A DNA stretch of 64,000 nt. Origin: Somniosus microcephalus. Its lineage: Eukaryota. The stretch spans positions 184,264,001 to 184,328,000 of the forward strand of contig CM126205.1 of assembly GCA_052327205.1 (NCBI GenBank). The letters run 5' to 3'. Position numbers and translations under genes: made by a program. A model generated the notes under the pieces. It saw nothing but the letters and a program-made list of their open reading frames with translations, did no database searches and was not told the DNA's origin. Below are positions 62,229-64,000 of this stretch, in pieces. The stretch's first letter is position 1. Each line of letters begins with the position of its first letter.

Positions 62229-62389
62229 TTAGCATGCATGGAGGCCTGTGTTGTAGCTTCACCGGGTTGGCATCTCTTTTTTAAGTACGTCTAGTGCTGT
62301 TCCTGGAACGCTCTTCTACTCTCATCATTGAACCAGGGTTGGTCACCTGGCTTGATGGTGATGGAGGAGGGAGGAATATGCCAGGCAAT

Positions 62390-63210
62390 AATGTTAGTTT
62401 GCTTCTTGAAATGACCATTTCATGCCCAGTGTTTAAGCAAGGTGATGCATTCCAAAATCTAGCTCCTACCCGTAATATCAGGACCATACAAGAAGTGCTC
62501 ATAGAGCACATCTATATGCCTGACCTGTTGGTCTGTAGCCTGGAAGAACAAGAGAGGTTTCAGCCTGATACACCATGCTGCACTGGATCTTGAGATACTG
62601 TGTGTGCAGGGGTGATGTGTTACATGTGAGATGACCAATATGCAGAATGCATGATGAAATTGCACTGAAGAACAGGTCCCTGTCATGTACTGTCACACTG
62701 ACAAGGATACAACATGACATGGTAAATGTGGTTCAGGTGAGTGAGAATACTTATTTTATCACAACCAATTTGAACACTTTCACTTATGGTGTGCGTCAAT
62801 GTCGCATAAGGAAACCAATCTTCTGTATACAAATTAATAAAACAGATAGGATATTGGTGAAACACACTAGTAACTATCAGGGGGATGGAAATTCAAGTAG
62901 AGAAAGATATAAAATTAGAAATTCCAAAATTAAGGTGGATTCCCCCAAGTTGACACTAAAATTAGAACAATTAATGCCCACGAAAAAGGATCTTTTGATT
63001 AAGATTATCCACAACATGGATAACAGTAAGAGTATACTGGAGGATATTTTAAGTCCATAGGATGACCTTTTGATATATGGCAGTACTTGGGAAGAAATAG
63101 GCATTCAGCCTTGTTCGCCATTCAATACACAATGATAGTCATAATATTTCTGGTAATATGTTATGTAAAACAAATGGGTAGAAATTTGCATGGCAATAGA
63201 TCGAGATAGA
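62390..63210 (+). pseudogene. Second env-like (fusion glycoprotein) remnant, C-terminal half
   Basis: DTPCCTGS*DTVC ... VVQVSENTYFITTNLNTFTYGVRQCRIRKPIFC aligns by eye with the env at 1200-1560; followed by STWEEIGI and hydrophobic MIVIIFLVICYV. Confidence 0.55.
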
Positions 63211-64000
63211 TACATGATGCTGATGAAATAATGTTTAGAGTTGGCCTTAAATATCTCCAGACCAACAAGGGGAGAGCTATCAGGAAATGGTTAATCAGAT
63301 CGTACTGCTATTGATTTCTAACTTTTCAATTGTAGCTGATCTCACTAGCTGTTTGATTATCCCTTTGATATAAACAGACTCTCTAACTAACTTGTAACAA
63401 GCCCTTGAGTGTTTAGAGACTCGATTGGGTGTGCAGACAAAGCGGCATCTTTTAGGCTATTCATCTTTTAACTTCACAGGGATGCAGGATCTGAGAGACA
63501 TTTTTATGATGGTTAGATGAAGGTGGCAGGAAAGGGCTGTATTGATCAGACATAAACCGCTGCATGCGAAGGCAACCTTGGAAGGCTACATCTGTCAAAG
63601 GGATATGGTCCAGGATGATCACAGAAGGTTAGGAGGCCTTTGTTAGTTTCAATTTCTGTAACTGGCACCCGCCTAAAGATTTGATTCACAAATCAATCAG
63701 GATGTGTAAAACTGAAGTTATTGGTAAGGGGCATGAAAGGAAGAATAGGTAATGTTGAAACATATTTGAATTGGATTGGATTGAAAAAAGGGTATAAAAG
63801 AGTGGGTGCTGGGGAGTTTTCTCAGAATTCAATGAGGCCTGATCAGCCTTGAAAATCCTCAAGCTCAAAACTGTTAACGTGTATGAATTCTCTGGTGAAC
63901 TCACAAGGTTTTGCCGTAAATGCTGCTGTTCAGTGTATGTTTAACTATTGTCAATAACAGTTATCATATGCTTCTGTGAATATCTACCTGTAATACTCTG
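63210..64000 (+). mobile_element. Probable LTR / 3' region of the second env-bearing element
   Basis: Follows the env remnant; last 40 bp (TATCATATGCTT..CTGTGAATATCTACCTGTAATACT) recur at about 11700-11745, so the sequence is an interspersed repeat. Confidence 0.35.

Overview
Eukaryotic DNA, almost certainly from a cartilaginous fish (shark), judging by HE1-type V-SINE, DeuSINE/SacSINE1-like SINEs and abundant CR1 LINEs. The only clear host gene is a three-exon RAMP1 on the + strand (30366-30408, 48887-49025, 53228-53483; 145 aa). The first 10.5 kb is a scrambled endogenous retrovirus-like element arranged as a large permuted inverted duplication. It has an env with an RRRR furin site, a gag-like coiled-coil ORF, RT and integrase fragments, an LTR and a tRNA-Ser primer binding site. 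A second, distantly related env remnant lies at about 62.4-63.2 kb. The rest is nested transposable elements (CR1, L2, a second LINE family, RTE-X, Penelope with a minimal hammerhead motif, hAT and Harbinger MITEs, a solo LTR, a Helitron-like promoter-bearing insert) plus several satellites. These include a 12-bp array of about 6 kb, a telomere-like 20-mer at the RAMP1 promoter and a minisatellite derived from inside a LINE. Family assignments come from recognising sequence by eye, with no database search, and repeat boundaries are approximate unless termini or TSDs are quoted.
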